A stretch of DNA of 63,246 nucleotides, filler included. It is 7 parts of 7 records of this genome, joined end to end, with 100 filler letters (N's around TTAATTAATTAA, not from the genome) between each part and the next. Parts side by side here need not be neighbours in the genome. Positions count along the whole stretch, not along the records: positions 1 to 6,262 come from SRR31156797_34028; positions 6,363 to 13,720 come from SRR31156797_34041; 5 more parts are not named here. One strand, 5' to 3'. Within the stretch, counting starts at the first letter, position 1, and each line of letters opens with the position of its first letter. Below, in pieces: positions 1 to 10,800 of this stretch. The position numbers and the translations under genes are program-made. The notes under the pieces are model-generated. The model saw only the letters and a list, made by a program, of their open reading frames with translations. It was not told the DNA's origin and searched no databases.

Positions 1-2
1 AA

Positions 3-137
3 GAGTTTACAATCTCTCAGGACCTGACATTTAATCAACTAAAATCCTTACATACCTTGTTAGACGTTGATTCCACAGAAAGAATCGTAATGTTGGTTGA
101 AATGTGCATGATTTATCTTGCATTTGCATCTAATTAA
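3..137 (+). CDS. 3' end of an unidentified upstream gene (partial, contig edge)
   Basis: Frame is open from base 3 (EFTISQDLTF...YLAFASN) to TAA at 135-137; no recognisable motif. Confidence 0.3.
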   Translation, partial: EFTISQDLTFNQLKSLHTLLDVDSTERIVMLVEMCMIYLAFASN

Positions 138-182
138 AAAATGTTGAGACTTTGAGTGGAAAGTAAAGTATGGTGCAAACGG

Positions 183-220
183 TGTTCGTAAGAACAAATA
201 GAAATGTTCGCAAGAACAAA
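183..220. promoter_or_regulatory. Tandem palindromic operator candidate upstream of dndB
   Basis: TGTTC-GTAA-GAACA at 183-196 and TGTTC-GCAA-GAACA at 205-218; each has palindromic arms and the copies are 22 bp apart. Confidence 0.55.
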
Positions 221-236
221 AAAATCACAAATACAA

Positions 237-1334
237 ATGACCAACATCATCTCGGGTATATCGTTTCCTGCTATTCGTGGAACTCAGGCTGATTCAGAAT
301 TCTATACTGTTATGTGCCCACTAAAACGGCTTTGTAAAATCTTCACATTCGAAGAGCACGCACTTCCTGTGCAAGATAGAGCACAACGTACACTAAACCC
401 AGATAGGATACCCGATATTACTAATTACATACTGTCTGAGAGGAATAATTACGTTTTTTCTTCTATCACAGCTTGTATTGACGGCGACAGCATATTCACT
501 CCAATTAGTACTGGTGGACCTAGTGAAAAAATCGGCACTTTAACAATTGATGAAGATGCAGAAATTTACATAACAGATGGGCAACATCGCAATGCTGCTA
601 TTTTAGAAGCATTAAAGCATGATCCAACATTAGGGGGTGAAACAATTTCGGTTGTTTTTTTTGCAAACAAATCACTAACAGAAAGACAGAAAATATTTAA
701 GGATTTGAATTTATTTCCTGTCAAAACAGACAGTTCATTAAGCATCACATATGATGATAAACCTCACGCTTTGCTTTCTAAAGAGGTCGTTTTTTCAAGT
801 GATATCTTGTCGAAAATAATTCATATGGAGAAGAGCAACTTAGGTAAAAGATCTAAAAAGCTTGTAAGTCATAGTGCGTTAAACAAGGCAACAATCGAAC
901 TATTTGATGAAATCACAGTAGATTCCTATAAAAACCAAATACCAATTGCAATTGAGTACTGGGAAACAATTGTTAATGCTATGCCAGCCTGGCTGCTCGT
1001 ATATAAAGATAAAATTTCAGGAGGGGAGGTACGTGAAGATACAATAAGTGCCTACTCTGTAACCTTTCAAGCACTTGGTATTGTAGGTAATTGGCTTCTG
1101 AAAAATGATTCCAACTGGAAAAAAAGAATCTATAAACTTAAAGAAATAGACTGGGCTCGATCCAATAAAGAAAATTGGGAAGGTCGTTGCGTTATCAATG
1201 GTGCTATGAGGAATTCATCCATTGCCATAAAATTGACAGCAAACAAAATTAAAGAGTTTTTAAAGATCGAACTCAATGACCAAGAACAAGTTGAAGAGCA
1301 AAAGTTCAACAAATTAACTACAAAGACAAGATAA
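237..1334 (+). CDS. dndB: DNA phosphorothioation regulator DndB (DGQHR family)
   Basis: FPAIRG..Q at the N-terminus, RAQR.LN..R, DGQHR motif; first gene of dndBCDE. ATG 237 preferred over ATG 204 because family-like sequence begins just after it. Confidence 0.92.
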   Translation: MTNIISGISFPAIRGTQADSEFYTVMCPLKRLCKIFTFEEHALPVQDRAQRTLNPDRIPDITNYILSERNNYVFSSITACIDGDSIFTPISTGGPSEKIGTLTIDEDAEIYITDGQHRNAAILEALKHDPTLGGETISVVFFANKSLTERQKIFKDLNLFPVKTDSSLSITYDDKPHALLSKEVVFSSDILSKIIHMEKSNLGKRSKKLVSHSALNKATIELFDEITVDSYKNQIPIAIEYWETIVNAMPAWLLVYKDKISGGEVREDTISAYSVTFQALGIVGNWLLKNDSNWKKRIYKLKEIDWARSNKENWEGRCVINGAMRNSSIAIKLTANKIKEFLKIELNDQEQVEEQKFNKLTTKTR

Positions 1335-1356
1335 GTACCGTATAGTTGGGAGCATA

Positions 1357-3321
1357 ATGACAGTTAACTCTGAAATAGAGCAAAACTCTGCGTTCAATGA
1401 GTTTGGCTATAAAAATACAATCCGACAGCTAATTGATCGAACGAAAGATCTGTATTTAAAAGATAATATTCCATGGGTTGTTGGTTACAGTGGAGGAAAA
1501 GACTCTACCGCGACATTACAAATTGTCTGGTCCGCCATAACAGAACTATCTCTAGAACAAAAAGCTGATAAAAAGGTACATGTTATTAGTACTGATACTC
1601 TAGTTGAAAACCCCATTGTTGCATTATGGGTAGAAAAATCCCTTACACAAATGCGCAATGTAATCGACAAACAAGGCTTACCTATTGTCCCTCATCGTCT
1701 AACACCAATTACTGAAGATCGTTTCTGGGTTAACCTAATTGGTAAAGGGTATCCTGCCCCTCGATACAAATTCCGGTGGTGTACGGATAGACTAAAAATC
1801 AATCCTTCAAATACTTTCATTAAAAATGTCGTCGAAAGTAATGGCGAGGCAATCTTGGTCTTGGGTACACGTAAGCTCGAAAGTACAGTACGCGGTGCCA
1901 ATATGGAAAGCATAGAGCAACGAGCTGACAACACAAGGAAAGATGATGGGCTTAATGTCAATAAAAGCTTAGACAGAGTGTGGGTGTACACACCTATAGA
2001 AGATTGGACAAATGAGGATGTATGGGTCTTTCTGACGCAAGAAAATAATCCTTGGGATTATAAGAATGACGATCTGTTAACTATGTACAAAGGGGCTACA
2101 GAAGGTGGCGAATGTCCTCTTGTTGTAGACCAATCAACGCCTAGTTGCGGTGGAAGCCGTTTTGGTTGTTATGTGTGCACCATGGTGAGTGAAGACAAAT
2201 CAATGGGAGCAATGATAGCCAATGATGAAGAGAAAGAATGGATGCAGCCTCTGCTTCAACTTCGTAATGAAATAGACATTAATGATCGAGACCCCAAAAA
2301 AAGATCAGCCAAAATTGCTCGAGATAAAAGCAATAGAGATTTTAAACGGATGACTGGAGACCTTACTCTACACATCAGTATGGAAGGGTTTAGTGATTCA
2401 ACCAACTATAAAGAATATAAAATTTCAGACAGCATTATCTCGAAGCATCTTGTGGCACGAACCCATGATTATGAAAATCTCCCTGCAGATATTGTGCGCG
2501 GACCGTATCTGCAGGAATTTCGCGAACACATGCTGTCTCGTGTTTTGCAAGCACAGGTTTTAGTGCAGAAGGCAGGACCAAAAGAAGTAAAAGGTCTTGA
2601 ATTACTAGATATAGAAGACCTTGAAGCAATACGAAAAATTTGGGTTGAGGAAAAAAAAGAAATAGAGGACAACCTTCCTCAAATATATGAAAAAGTAACA
2701 GGTGAAAGATACAAGGGAGCTAAACGAGCTTACAGCCCTATTGTAAATAACAGTATCCTAGAAAAACTAGAAAAACACTGTCAAACTTATACTGATCCAG
2801 ATCGGCTTAAATATTATCAATTGCGTAGCTTGTTGGCAATTGAAGATAAGTATAAACACCAACTTCGTAGAGCAAAAATTACGGAGGAACTGTCAAAAAG
2901 CATTGATAAAGGTGCTTTTTCTAGCATCGATAATGCTCGCCGTTTTGCATTGGAAAAGGCTCGGAATGAATACGCAATTAAGCTTAACTGTCTTGCAAAT
3001 GAGGGAGAGACAAAAACATTCCTACGTCATATAACAACAAATATTGTGACTCTTAATGCCAAAAAGGATCTTGCAAAAAACAAAAAATATAAGAGATTAC
3101 TTGAAAGGATATTCCAAATAAATCCTGCAAGTAGTGAGTTTTTAGAAACGGCAGAACTAATAACAATATCACTCAAGAAATTATATTCCTTTTATATTCT
3201 ACAAATAGACATCTCTCTGAAGTTGTTAGATCAAAAGCAACAAGAGATTAAAAGCGAATCAAAGAGAAAAAAGAGCTTAACAATTTCTTACCAATCCAAA
3301 GCAGCAGGAATGTCTAAATGA
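1357..3321 (+). CDS. dndC: DNA phosphorothioation sulfurtransferase DndC (PAPS-reductase-like, Fe-S)
   Basis: PWVVGYSGGKDS PP-loop, DTLVENP, GKGYPAP..FRWCTDRLKI, ECPLVVD..TPSCG.SRFGCYVC. Confidence 0.95.
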   Translation: MTVNSEIEQNSAFNEFGYKNTIRQLIDRTKDLYLKDNIPWVVGYSGGKDSTATLQIVWSAITELSLEQKADKKVHVISTDTLVENPIVALWVEKSLTQMRNVIDKQGLPIVPHRLTPITEDRFWVNLIGKGYPAPRYKFRWCTDRLKINPSNTFIKNVVESNGEAILVLGTRKLESTVRGANMESIEQRADNTRKDDGLNVNKSLDRVWVYTPIEDWTNEDVWVFLTQENNPWDYKNDDLLTMYKGATEGGECPLVVDQSTPSCGGSRFGCYVCTMVSEDKSMGAMIANDEEKEWMQPLLQLRNEIDINDRDPKKRSAKIARDKSNRDFKRMTGDLTLHISMEGFSDSTNYKEYKISDSIISKHLVARTHDYENLPADIVRGPYLQEFREHMLSRVLQAQVLVQKAGPKEVKGLELLDIEDLEAIRKIWVEEKKEIEDNLPQIYEKVTGERYKGAKRAYSPIVNNSILEKLEKHCQTYTDPDRLKYYQLRSLLAIEDKYKHQLRRAKITEELSKSIDKGAFSSIDNARRFALEKARNEYAIKLNCLANEGETKTFLRHITTNIVTLNAKKDLAKNKKYKRLLERIFQINPASSEFLETAELITISLKKLYSFYILQIDISLKLLDQKQQEIKSESKRKKSLTISYQSKAAGMSK

Positions 3322-5282
3322 TTTTTGAACAAGTCCAACTATATAATTTTGGAATTTATAAAGGTAAGCACGTTATTGATCTCGATCCTGTAAAAGTGAA
3401 GCAGCCTGTTATATTGCTTGGAGGATTAAATGGTGGAGGAAAAACAACCTTTTTAGATTCTTTACAACTGGCCTTATATGGTAAACACGCTAAATGCTCT
3501 AATCGAGGTCGCTTAGCATATAAAGATTATCTCAAACAAACGATAAATCGCTATGCTAAACAAAAAGAGGCTTCTGTATCATTGACTTTCCGACATGCAA
3601 AGGGGACAGCTGTCAATAGATATGAAATCATTCGATCATGGGACTATGGAGAAGTAAAAGGACTTCAGGAGAAAGTTGAAGTTTTAACTAATGGAAAATT
3701 AGATATTTTTCTTGCAGACCACTGGGATGATTTTGTCTCAGAATTTATCCCACGAAGTATGTCAGAACTATTTTTCTTTGATGGTGAAAAAATTGAAGAG
3801 CTAACAAACCCTACCAGGTCGGCACAGTTTATCAAAACGGGTGTGGAAGCTTTATTAGGGTTAGAACTTCTCTCACAACTGTCTCAAGACTTAAAATCTC
3901 AAAGGAGAAATAGGCAAGAAAAAGACCTCGACAGAAGTACCAGCCAAAAAGTAGAGGAGTTAAAAAATCGCCTACAAGATCAAGAGAGTAGATTGAACGA
4001 TCTTCAGGGTGAAATAGAAAGGATTGGTGTTAACAACCAGAAATTGGTAGATGAATTAAAAAATATAGAGATGGAGATGATTAATTCTGGTGCCCATCTA
4101 GTAGAATCACTAAAAGACCTTAAAAATGAACACAAACTTCTATTGGGTCAACTTGACACAACTGACGGAAACATAATAAAAGTTGCAAGCAACACACTGC
4201 CACTACTTGTAGCGAAAAAGCTCTTTTTGGCGACGCAAACACAAGCAGAATACGAAACAGAGGCTTCGGAATTAAAAAGCGCACAAGTACACATTGACCA
4301 TCAAAATGAAGAAATACTTGATTTATTGAAAAATAGTCAGAGTGAAGAGGTAATTGAATCGATTCAAGATATTATTACTAAGTTGAACAACAAAAGGGAG
4401 AAGCAGATAGACTCTTCCCAAAGTCGGCTCAGTGTGAATCCTGCTCTTTTTGCTATCGCAACTTCTGCTTTAGATAGAGATGTGAAAGAGTGCCAACAAT
4501 TGCTCGAAGATAAAAATAAAATACAAGACAATATTTCTATAGTCTTAAACAAAATTGAAGCTATTCCTGATTCTGAAACTGTAAAAGAGCAAATTGAACA
4601 TAAAAGCAATATTAGCGATGAGATAGAAGAAAACAGAAAGCATCTTGATTCAGTAATAGACGATTACAATCAGTGCAAACTCCAAATTGCAGAAACTGAG
4701 GCTCGACTTGATGCAACTCTAGTCCAAAAAAATGCTGATAATTTTGAACAACAAAGAGACCTTCAAGTAACCGATCATTTAGTGGAAATGAAGTCTATAA
4801 TCGATAGTTTCAAGAGTGAAATGGTAGCCGAGAATATTTGTAATCTTGAACATGAAATTATTAGTAAATTCAAATTACTGGAGCGAAAAAAGCAACTAAT
4901 TTCTAAAGTTAAAATTTGTCCACACACTTTTTCATTGAGTATTTTTGGTGATGCAGAGAAACCACTTAAGCCTAACAGGCTATCCGCTGGTGAACGTCAT
5001 TTATTATCTGTTGCAATACTTTGGGCTCTTGCTGACGAATCAGGTAAGGAAATTCCAACAATCATTGACAGTCCAATGGGCAGATTAGATGGAGAACACA
5101 GGGCGAAGCTTATAACAAACTATTTCCCTCAAGCTGCAAGCCAAGTTATCCTGCTCTCTACAGATGAAGAAATAATAGGTTCATATTACACGCAACTCAA
5201 ACCCGCTGTTGCCCAAGAGTACCATATTCATTATGTCGAAGATCAGCAAACATCCATTATTCAACCCGGTTACTTTAACTAA
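3318..5282 (+). CDS. dndD: DNA sulfur modification SMC-like ATPase DndD
   Basis: Walker A GLNGGGKTT, FFFDGEKI, long coiled coil, LSAGE signature, IIDSPMGRLD, QVILLSTDEEI; ATGA overlap with dndC. Confidence 0.95.
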   Translation: MIFEQVQLYNFGIYKGKHVIDLDPVKVKQPVILLGGLNGGGKTTFLDSLQLALYGKHAKCSNRGRLAYKDYLKQTINRYAKQKEASVSLTFRHAKGTAVNRYEIIRSWDYGEVKGLQEKVEVLTNGKLDIFLADHWDDFVSEFIPRSMSELFFFDGEKIEELTNPTRSAQFIKTGVEALLGLELLSQLSQDLKSQRRNRQEKDLDRSTSQKVEELKNRLQDQESRLNDLQGEIERIGVNNQKLVDELKNIEMEMINSGAHLVESLKDLKNEHKLLLGQLDTTDGNIIKVASNTLPLLVAKKLFLATQTQAEYETEASELKSAQVHIDHQNEEILDLLKNSQSEEVIESIQDIITKLNNKREKQIDSSQSRLSVNPALFAIATSALDRDVKECQQLLEDKNKIQDNISIVLNKIEAIPDSETVKEQIEHKSNISDEIEENRKHLDSVIDDYNQCKLQIAETEARLDATLVQKNADNFEQQRDLQVTDHLVEMKSIIDSFKSEMVAENICNLEHEIISKFKLLERKKQLISKVKICPHTFSLSIFGDAEKPLKPNRLSAGERHLLSVAILWALADESGKEIPTIIDSPMGRLDGEHRAKLITNYFPQAASQVILLSTDEEIIGSYYTQLKPAVAQEYHIHYVEDQQTSIIQPGYFN

Positions 5283-5287
5283 ACAGC

Positions 5288-5656
5288 ATGGCAATAGAAA
5301 CAGTTCGGCTTTCGGAGAAAGCCAAAAATCAACTCATTACTGTTAAGAGAAACACCAAAATTGATAACTGGAATGCACTGTGTCGATGGGCATTAATGTT
5401 ATCATTCGCAGAGGAAAGTATTCCTCCACATGAAGAAATTGTTACAAACAGTAATGTGGAAATGACTTGGAAGGTTTTCGGTGGAGAGTATGCCGATATA
5501 TATATGGCAATGCTCAAACAACGAATTTATATGGACTATAATGAGTCTGGGTATGACAATCTAAATTATTACTTTAAACTTCACCTTCACCGTGGAGTTT
5601 CTTACTTACTCAGCAAATCAAAGAGCATAGATTGTCTGGTAAAAACAGCATTTTGA
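5288..5656 (+). CDS. dndE: DNA sulfur modification protein DndE
   Basis: 122 aa with K.QLI.VKR.T.I.NWN.LCRWA, EMTWKVFGGEY and HLHRGV; directly after dndD. Confidence 0.93.
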   Translation: MAIETVRLSEKAKNQLITVKRNTKIDNWNALCRWALMLSFAEESIPPHEEIVTNSNVEMTWKVFGGEYADIYMAMLKQRIYMDYNESGYDNLNYYFKLHLHRGVSYLLSKSKSIDCLVKTAF

Positions 5657-5689
5657 AGCACATCAGACAGAACGAGCATTCAAGAAAAA

Positions 5690-6214
5690 TCAATCAGCTG
5701 GGAAAAAATTCTTATCAACTTCATATACTATGTAGTTTTTTACTGTTGCGACTCCTAAGCCATGTTGTATCAGTAATTCAGTTAACATTTCTCCATCAAT
5801 TAACGTTATAGTCATATTTTGAGCATCTTTAGCATGCTGCTTAGCCTGCTCTGTGAATGATGATGAGGTAAAAAAAACTCCTTTTCTTGCACCTTTTATC
5901 CCCATGGCTCCAATAAAATCTCTTACATCTGCGGGGTTGATTTTATTTTTTTCGTATCTTTTCGCTTGTATATATATATTCTCTAAACCAAGTTTATCTT
6001 CGTTAATAATGCCATCAATTCCATCATCTCCTTTCCCACCTATTACGTTTCCAGACAATGATTGATCCCAACCATACCCCATTCTTAATAACAATTTCAC
6101 CACAAGTGATTCAAAAAACTCAGGCTCTGATTGTTTTATATTTCCTAGTAACTGTTCTCTGATAGATTTAATATGGTTAGTGTATGCAGAATGAATCTGC
6201 TCTTCTGGTAACAC
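5690..6214 (-). CDS. mrr: Mrr-family (type IV) restriction endonuclease, catalytic domain only
   Basis: FFESLVVKLLLRMGYG, DDGIDGII..D.LGLENIYIQAKRY, KGVFFTSSSFT, LIDG..L..LLI; in-frame TAA at 6251-6253 upstream, so no N-terminal winged-helix domain in this frame. Confidence 0.8.
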   Translation of the reverse strand: MLPEEQIHSAYTNHIKSIREQLLGNIKQSEPEFFESLVVKLLLRMGYGWDQSLSGNVIGGKGDDGIDGIINEDKLGLENIYIQAKRYEKNKINPADVRDFIGAMGIKGARKGVFFTSSSFTEQAKQHAKDAQNMTITLIDGEMLTELLIQHGLGVATVKNYIVYEVDKNFFPAD

Positions 6215-6262
6215 ATCTTTTTTAATCCTTACTTGTAACGTCCCGAGTGATTATCTACCAAA

Positions 6263-6362
6263 NNNNNNNNNNNNNNNNNNNNNNNNNNNNNNNNNNNNNN
6301 NNNNNNTTAATTAATTAANNNNNNNNNNNNNNNNNNNNNNNNNNNNNNNNNNNNNNNNNNNN
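6263..6362. other. Artificial contig spacer 1
   Basis: 44 N + TTAATTAATTAA (stops in all six frames) + 44 N. Confidence 0.99.
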
Positions 6363-6434
6363 TGCAGGCTCTTGCCGATTTGGGTTTTAGTTTATTGAAA
6401 AACTACTAAAAAACAAACTCGGGATGTGCCTGCA
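6363..6434. repeat. Imperfect long palindrome at contig edge
   Basis: Nested arms TGCAGGC...GCCTGCA, CCGATTTG...CAAACTCGG and TTTTAG...CTAAAA. Confidence 0.4.
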
Positions 6435-6608
6435 ATGTGCGATGGCTAGCTACTAACTCAAATGACCGTAGTTTCAATTTGTCGAAGATTATTGTCAATC
6501 ATTTTGTTAGGAATTGTCTAAATATCTGCAATCGGGTCGTCAAGTATTCTATAAATGAAATTGGTATAGTGAACTTCTGGCTAATTTACTATTATATTAG
6601 AGTAGATA

Positions 6609-6670
6609 TGTAAGTCCATCCCGCAAAACCTGAACTTTTATATACATGGCATTTGCGGGATGTACTTACA
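6609..6670 (-). terminator. 19-bp inverted repeat downstream of the efflux operon (terminator or REP-like)
   Basis: TGTAAGTCCATCCCGCAAA (6609-6627) and TTTGCGGGATGTACTTACA (6652-6670), one mismatch, about 25 bp after the czcC-like stop; no clear U-tract. Confidence 0.5.
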
Positions 6671-6694
6671 AATAAAATGAAACAGATGAAAAAA

Positions 6695-7867
6695 TTATTC
6701 AAACATTTTTAATCTGCTTAATAATTCAAAATATTCATATTCATTTTGATAAAACTGATTTTGTGTTTGCCAGATTAGATCGGCATTTACTAAATACTCA
6801 GTAAAAGAAATCTGCCCCGAGTGTAAAAGCTCCAAACTACTTTCAGAAATTTGCTCTTCATCCATTACCGATTTCATCTGCAAATAGTTTTCTCTCATTG
6901 CTTTTGCCTCATAGAACAAGCCCATTACTGTTGTTTTTAGTTGACTTTCTTGCTGTGAAGCATTTGCTTTAAATGCCTCTGTATTCAGTTTTGCATATTT
7001 TACTGTGTTTTTGTTTTGCCATAACGGAATACTTACACTCAAATGAACCCCTTGTAGTTTCTGATCAAGAATTGTTTCCGACATATATCCTACTTGAAAT
7101 GATGGCAAATTATTCATCTTTTGGTTTTTAATCTCCATTTCAGATTGCTCAACAGATAATTTTGCCATAACCATTTTAGGATTGCTTGTTGTAAGGTTTG
7201 CCAAAAGAGAATCAAGCTCAGGAAGTAACCAGTGTACAGGATAATCATAATTCAAACTAGCACTCAAATTACCACCGTTAAATTGCGACAAATATTGTGT
7301 TTGAACTTCTATTTCGGAAAGTACTTTTTGATTCTCGGTTTTAATGCTAATTGCATAGAGCCGCACTTTATCATAAGCAGGCTTTGATATTTCACCCGCT
7401 TTAAACCCATCATTCATCATAACAACCAGATTTTCAGCATCAGCAATTCGTTTTTTCAATAAAGCATCTTTTTTCTGTAGCCAAACCAGGTTAAAATATA
7501 CTTGCCTTGCAGAATGTAATATTTCCTTCTTTTCTTGTTCAACCAGTGCTTGTTTTTGTTGAAAATTGAGTTTCTGAACAGCTGATTTTGAAGTATAATA
7601 ACCGGGTAGTTTGAAAGCCTGTGTTATTTCCAATTCCTGTTGATTTCCAAGTGCTTGCGAGTTTCCAAAAAGGTAATTATAATTTATCTCAGGATTATCG
7701 GGATAAATCCCGGTTTTTACCTTAGTTTCTTCAGCTTCTAGCCATTTTTGCAATGCAATTAATCGTGGATTGTTTTGCTCAATACTTTCTAATAAATGAT
7801 CAAATGCTTGTCCAAATGTAATGACAGAAACAGTAAGTAACATTATCGTATAAAAAAGCTTTCTCAT
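6695..7867 (-). CDS. czcC: TolC/CzcC-family outer membrane efflux protein
   Basis: Signal peptide, NNP.L, P.NPE, LE(I)TQ.F..PG, SIPLW.N; overlaps the end of the RND pump gene. Confidence 0.8.
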   Translation of the reverse strand: MRKLFYTIMLLTVSVITFGQAFDHLLESIEQNNPRLIALQKWLEAEETKVKTGIYPDNPEINYNYLFGNSQALGNQQELEITQAFKLPGYYTSKSAVQKLNFQQKQALVEQEKKEILHSARQVYFNLVWLQKKDALLKKRIADAENLVVMMNDGFKAGEISKPAYDKVRLYAISIKTENQKVLSEIEVQTQYLSQFNGGNLSASLNYDYPVHWLLPELDSLLANLTTSNPKMVMAKLSVEQSEMEIKNQKMNNLPSFQVGYMSETILDQKLQGVHLSVSIPLWQNKNTVKYAKLNTEAFKANASQQESQLKTTVMGLFYEAKAMRENYLQMKSVMDEEQISESSLELLHSGQISFTEYLVNADLIWQTQNQFYQNEYEYFELLSRLKMFE

Positions 7868-10800
7868 TTTGTTGCCTCCTTTCTATTCACTAAATAATAT
7901 ACGGCTGGAACAATAAAAACATTCAGCAGCGTCGAGCTAAACAACCCACCAAGAATAACCACAGCCATCGGGCTTTGAATTTCGTTACCAGGTTGATCTC
8001 CGGCAAATGCTAATGGAATGAGAGCCAAGGCAGCCGTAAGTGCAGTCATTAGAATTGGATTGAGCCTGTCAAGTGAACCATGAATGATCGCTTTATGCAA
8101 AAGCTCACCCTCTTCTTGCAACGTTTGATAACGGGAAACCAGCAAAATTCCATTTCTTGTGGCAATTCCAAACAAAGTTATAAAACCGATTATTGCAGGG
8201 ACGCTTAACATTCCCGATGTACCCCAAATGCTAATAACACCGCCAATTAAGGCAAGTGGCAAATTGACAAGTATAACTGCCGAAACAGTAAGGTTGCGAA
8301 ACTCCATATATAGCAAGAGGAAAATAACCAAAATGGCCAGCATAGATGTATATAAAAGCAGGCTTGATGCTTTCTCTTCACTCTCAAATTGACCACCGTA
8401 ATGGATATAATAGTTTTCCGGTAAATCGATGCTTTCTTTTATTGTATTCTGCACATCGTTTACAACGCTCCTCAAATCGCGTCCTGAAATATTCGCTGAT
8501 ACTACAACTTTACGTTGAACGTTTTCCCTGCTAATGGTATTTGGCCCGGACGCAGAAACAACATCAGCCACTTCTTTCAAGGCTACTTTATTACCATTAT
8601 AAGTGTCGATAAGTGTATTTTTAACATTTTCAATAGATTGACGATACCGACTATTATATCTTAACACCAAATCGAAACTCATATTCCCCTCATAAACTTC
8701 AGAAACTTTTTCGCCGGCAAAAGCCACATCAATGAATTCAGCAAATTCATTTAAAGGTATGCCATATTGTTTCAACATTTCACGTTTGGGTTTAATCTGA
8801 AGCTGCGGAATTTCAACCTGCTGTTCCACATTTACATCTACCAAACCTTCAATTCCTTGAATATTGGATCTGATTTGCGTTGCCAGCGAAAACATTTTGT
8901 GCAAATCTGTTCCAAATACCTTGATGGCAATATTTGCACGTGTACCCGAAAGCATGTGGTCTATACGGTGCGATAAGGGTTGACCGATAGTTATGTTAAT
9001 ACCCCTTATTGACCCTAAACGGCCTCGTAATTCTTCCAAAAAGTCTTCTTTTGAGCGACCATTTAAGGTAAATGGGACATCAACTTCTGATGAAAAAACA
9101 CCCTGCGCATGCTCATCCAGTTCGGCTCGGCCTGTCCGGCGAACAATGGTATTTATCTCGTCCATCTCGAGCATTTCTTTTTCAAGCATAAGGTTCATTT
9201 TATTACTTTCCTCCAAAGAAATGCCAGGTAAACTAACTGTACTAAGCGTTAACATTCCCTCATTAAACTCAGGGAGAAAACTTCGCCCCAAATTGAATAA
9301 TACAAACATTGAGGCAATGAATAGCAAACCTGCAGCGCCAATTGTTGTTTTTTTGAATTTCATTGAACGTTCCAATATTTTGCCATAATGTCGATTTAAC
9401 CAACGTACCCATCTACTGCCCGATTCATGTTTTGCCAGTTGTTTGTTGTTTGTAAGTAAGAAACTACATAATACTGGTGTTAATGTGATAGCAACTACTA
9501 ATGAGGCAAAAAGTGAAACAATAAAAGAAATACCCAGTGGTTGCAACATTCGGCCTTCCATTCCTGAAAGGAAAAACAACGGAATAAATGCCACAATAAT
9601 AATAAGCGTAGCGTTTAAAATAGACGCACGGATTTCTTTAGAAGCATTGTAAATGACTGTTATCTTGTTTTCCTGTTCATCCCTGGGCAAACGGGCATTT
9701 TCCTTAAGTCGTTTCAGCACATTGTCCACATCAATAATGGCATCGTCGACCAGAGACCCAATAGCAATGGCCATACCTCCCAGTGACATCGTGTTAATTG
9801 TAAACCCAAGCCATTTTAAAGCAATTACAGAAACCAATAGAGATAGCGGAATAGCAATTAAAGAAATTACTGTCGTCCTAAAATTAAGCAGGAACATAAA
9901 GAGGATGATGGTAACAAAAAGACCTCCTTCCAGTAAAGCACGGGTAACGTTGTCGACCGCTCTTTCAATAAAATCAGCTTGCCTGAAAATATCTGTACGT
10001 ATGTTGATATGCGATGGAAGATTAGACTTCAAGTCTTCTATTGCAGCATCTATCTTTTCAGTTAGCTGGATAGTATTGGTATTAGGTTGTTTCAATACTG
10101 TCATTACCACAGCAGGTTTACTATTGAGATAGCCTGCTCCAATTTTTTGTGTTGAGCCTATTTTAACCGTTGCTACATCATTAATCGAAATGGGCTGTCC
10201 ATTGTGAATTTTGATAACAGAGTTGCCAATATCCGAAAGGTTATTCGTTCGAATAACTCCACGAATCACATATTCATTCCCGAAATCATTCAAAAAACTT
10301 CCGGTTGCATTTTGGTTGAGGTTTTCGGCTGACTTCAACAATTCCATAAAGCTTACACCGTAATAGTCCATTTTTTCCGGTTCGGCTTCTATCATGTACT
10401 GTTTATATTCGCCACCTATTACAACAACTTGTGATACTCCACCAAGGCTAAGTAAGCGGTTGCGAATTTGCCAGTCGCCAATTGTGCGCAGCTCCATAGG
10501 TGATATGGAATCAGATGACACAGCAATAAGCATTATTTCGCCAATGATAGATGACTGTGGCGCCAGCGTGGGATTCCCTGCGTTTTCAGGCAACCTTTCT
10601 GCTACGGTAGCCATTTTTTCACTAACTATCTGCCTGGCTTTGTAAATGTCGGTATCCCACTCAAAATCTACCCAGACAATTGAAATCCCGGTGGCCGATG
10701 ATGAGCGCACTCTTCGTACATTTGTTGCCCCGTTTACTGCTGTCTCTATAGGAAATGTAACCAAACGTTCTACTTCCTCCGTTGCCATTCCATGTGCTTC

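Noticed and set aside
183-220. LexA/SOS box upstream of dndB
   Set aside because: Orientation is GTTC-N4-GAAC, the reverse of the Gram-positive GAAC-N4-GTTC box, and the spacing does not fit the alphaproteobacterial GTTC-N7-GTTC repeat.
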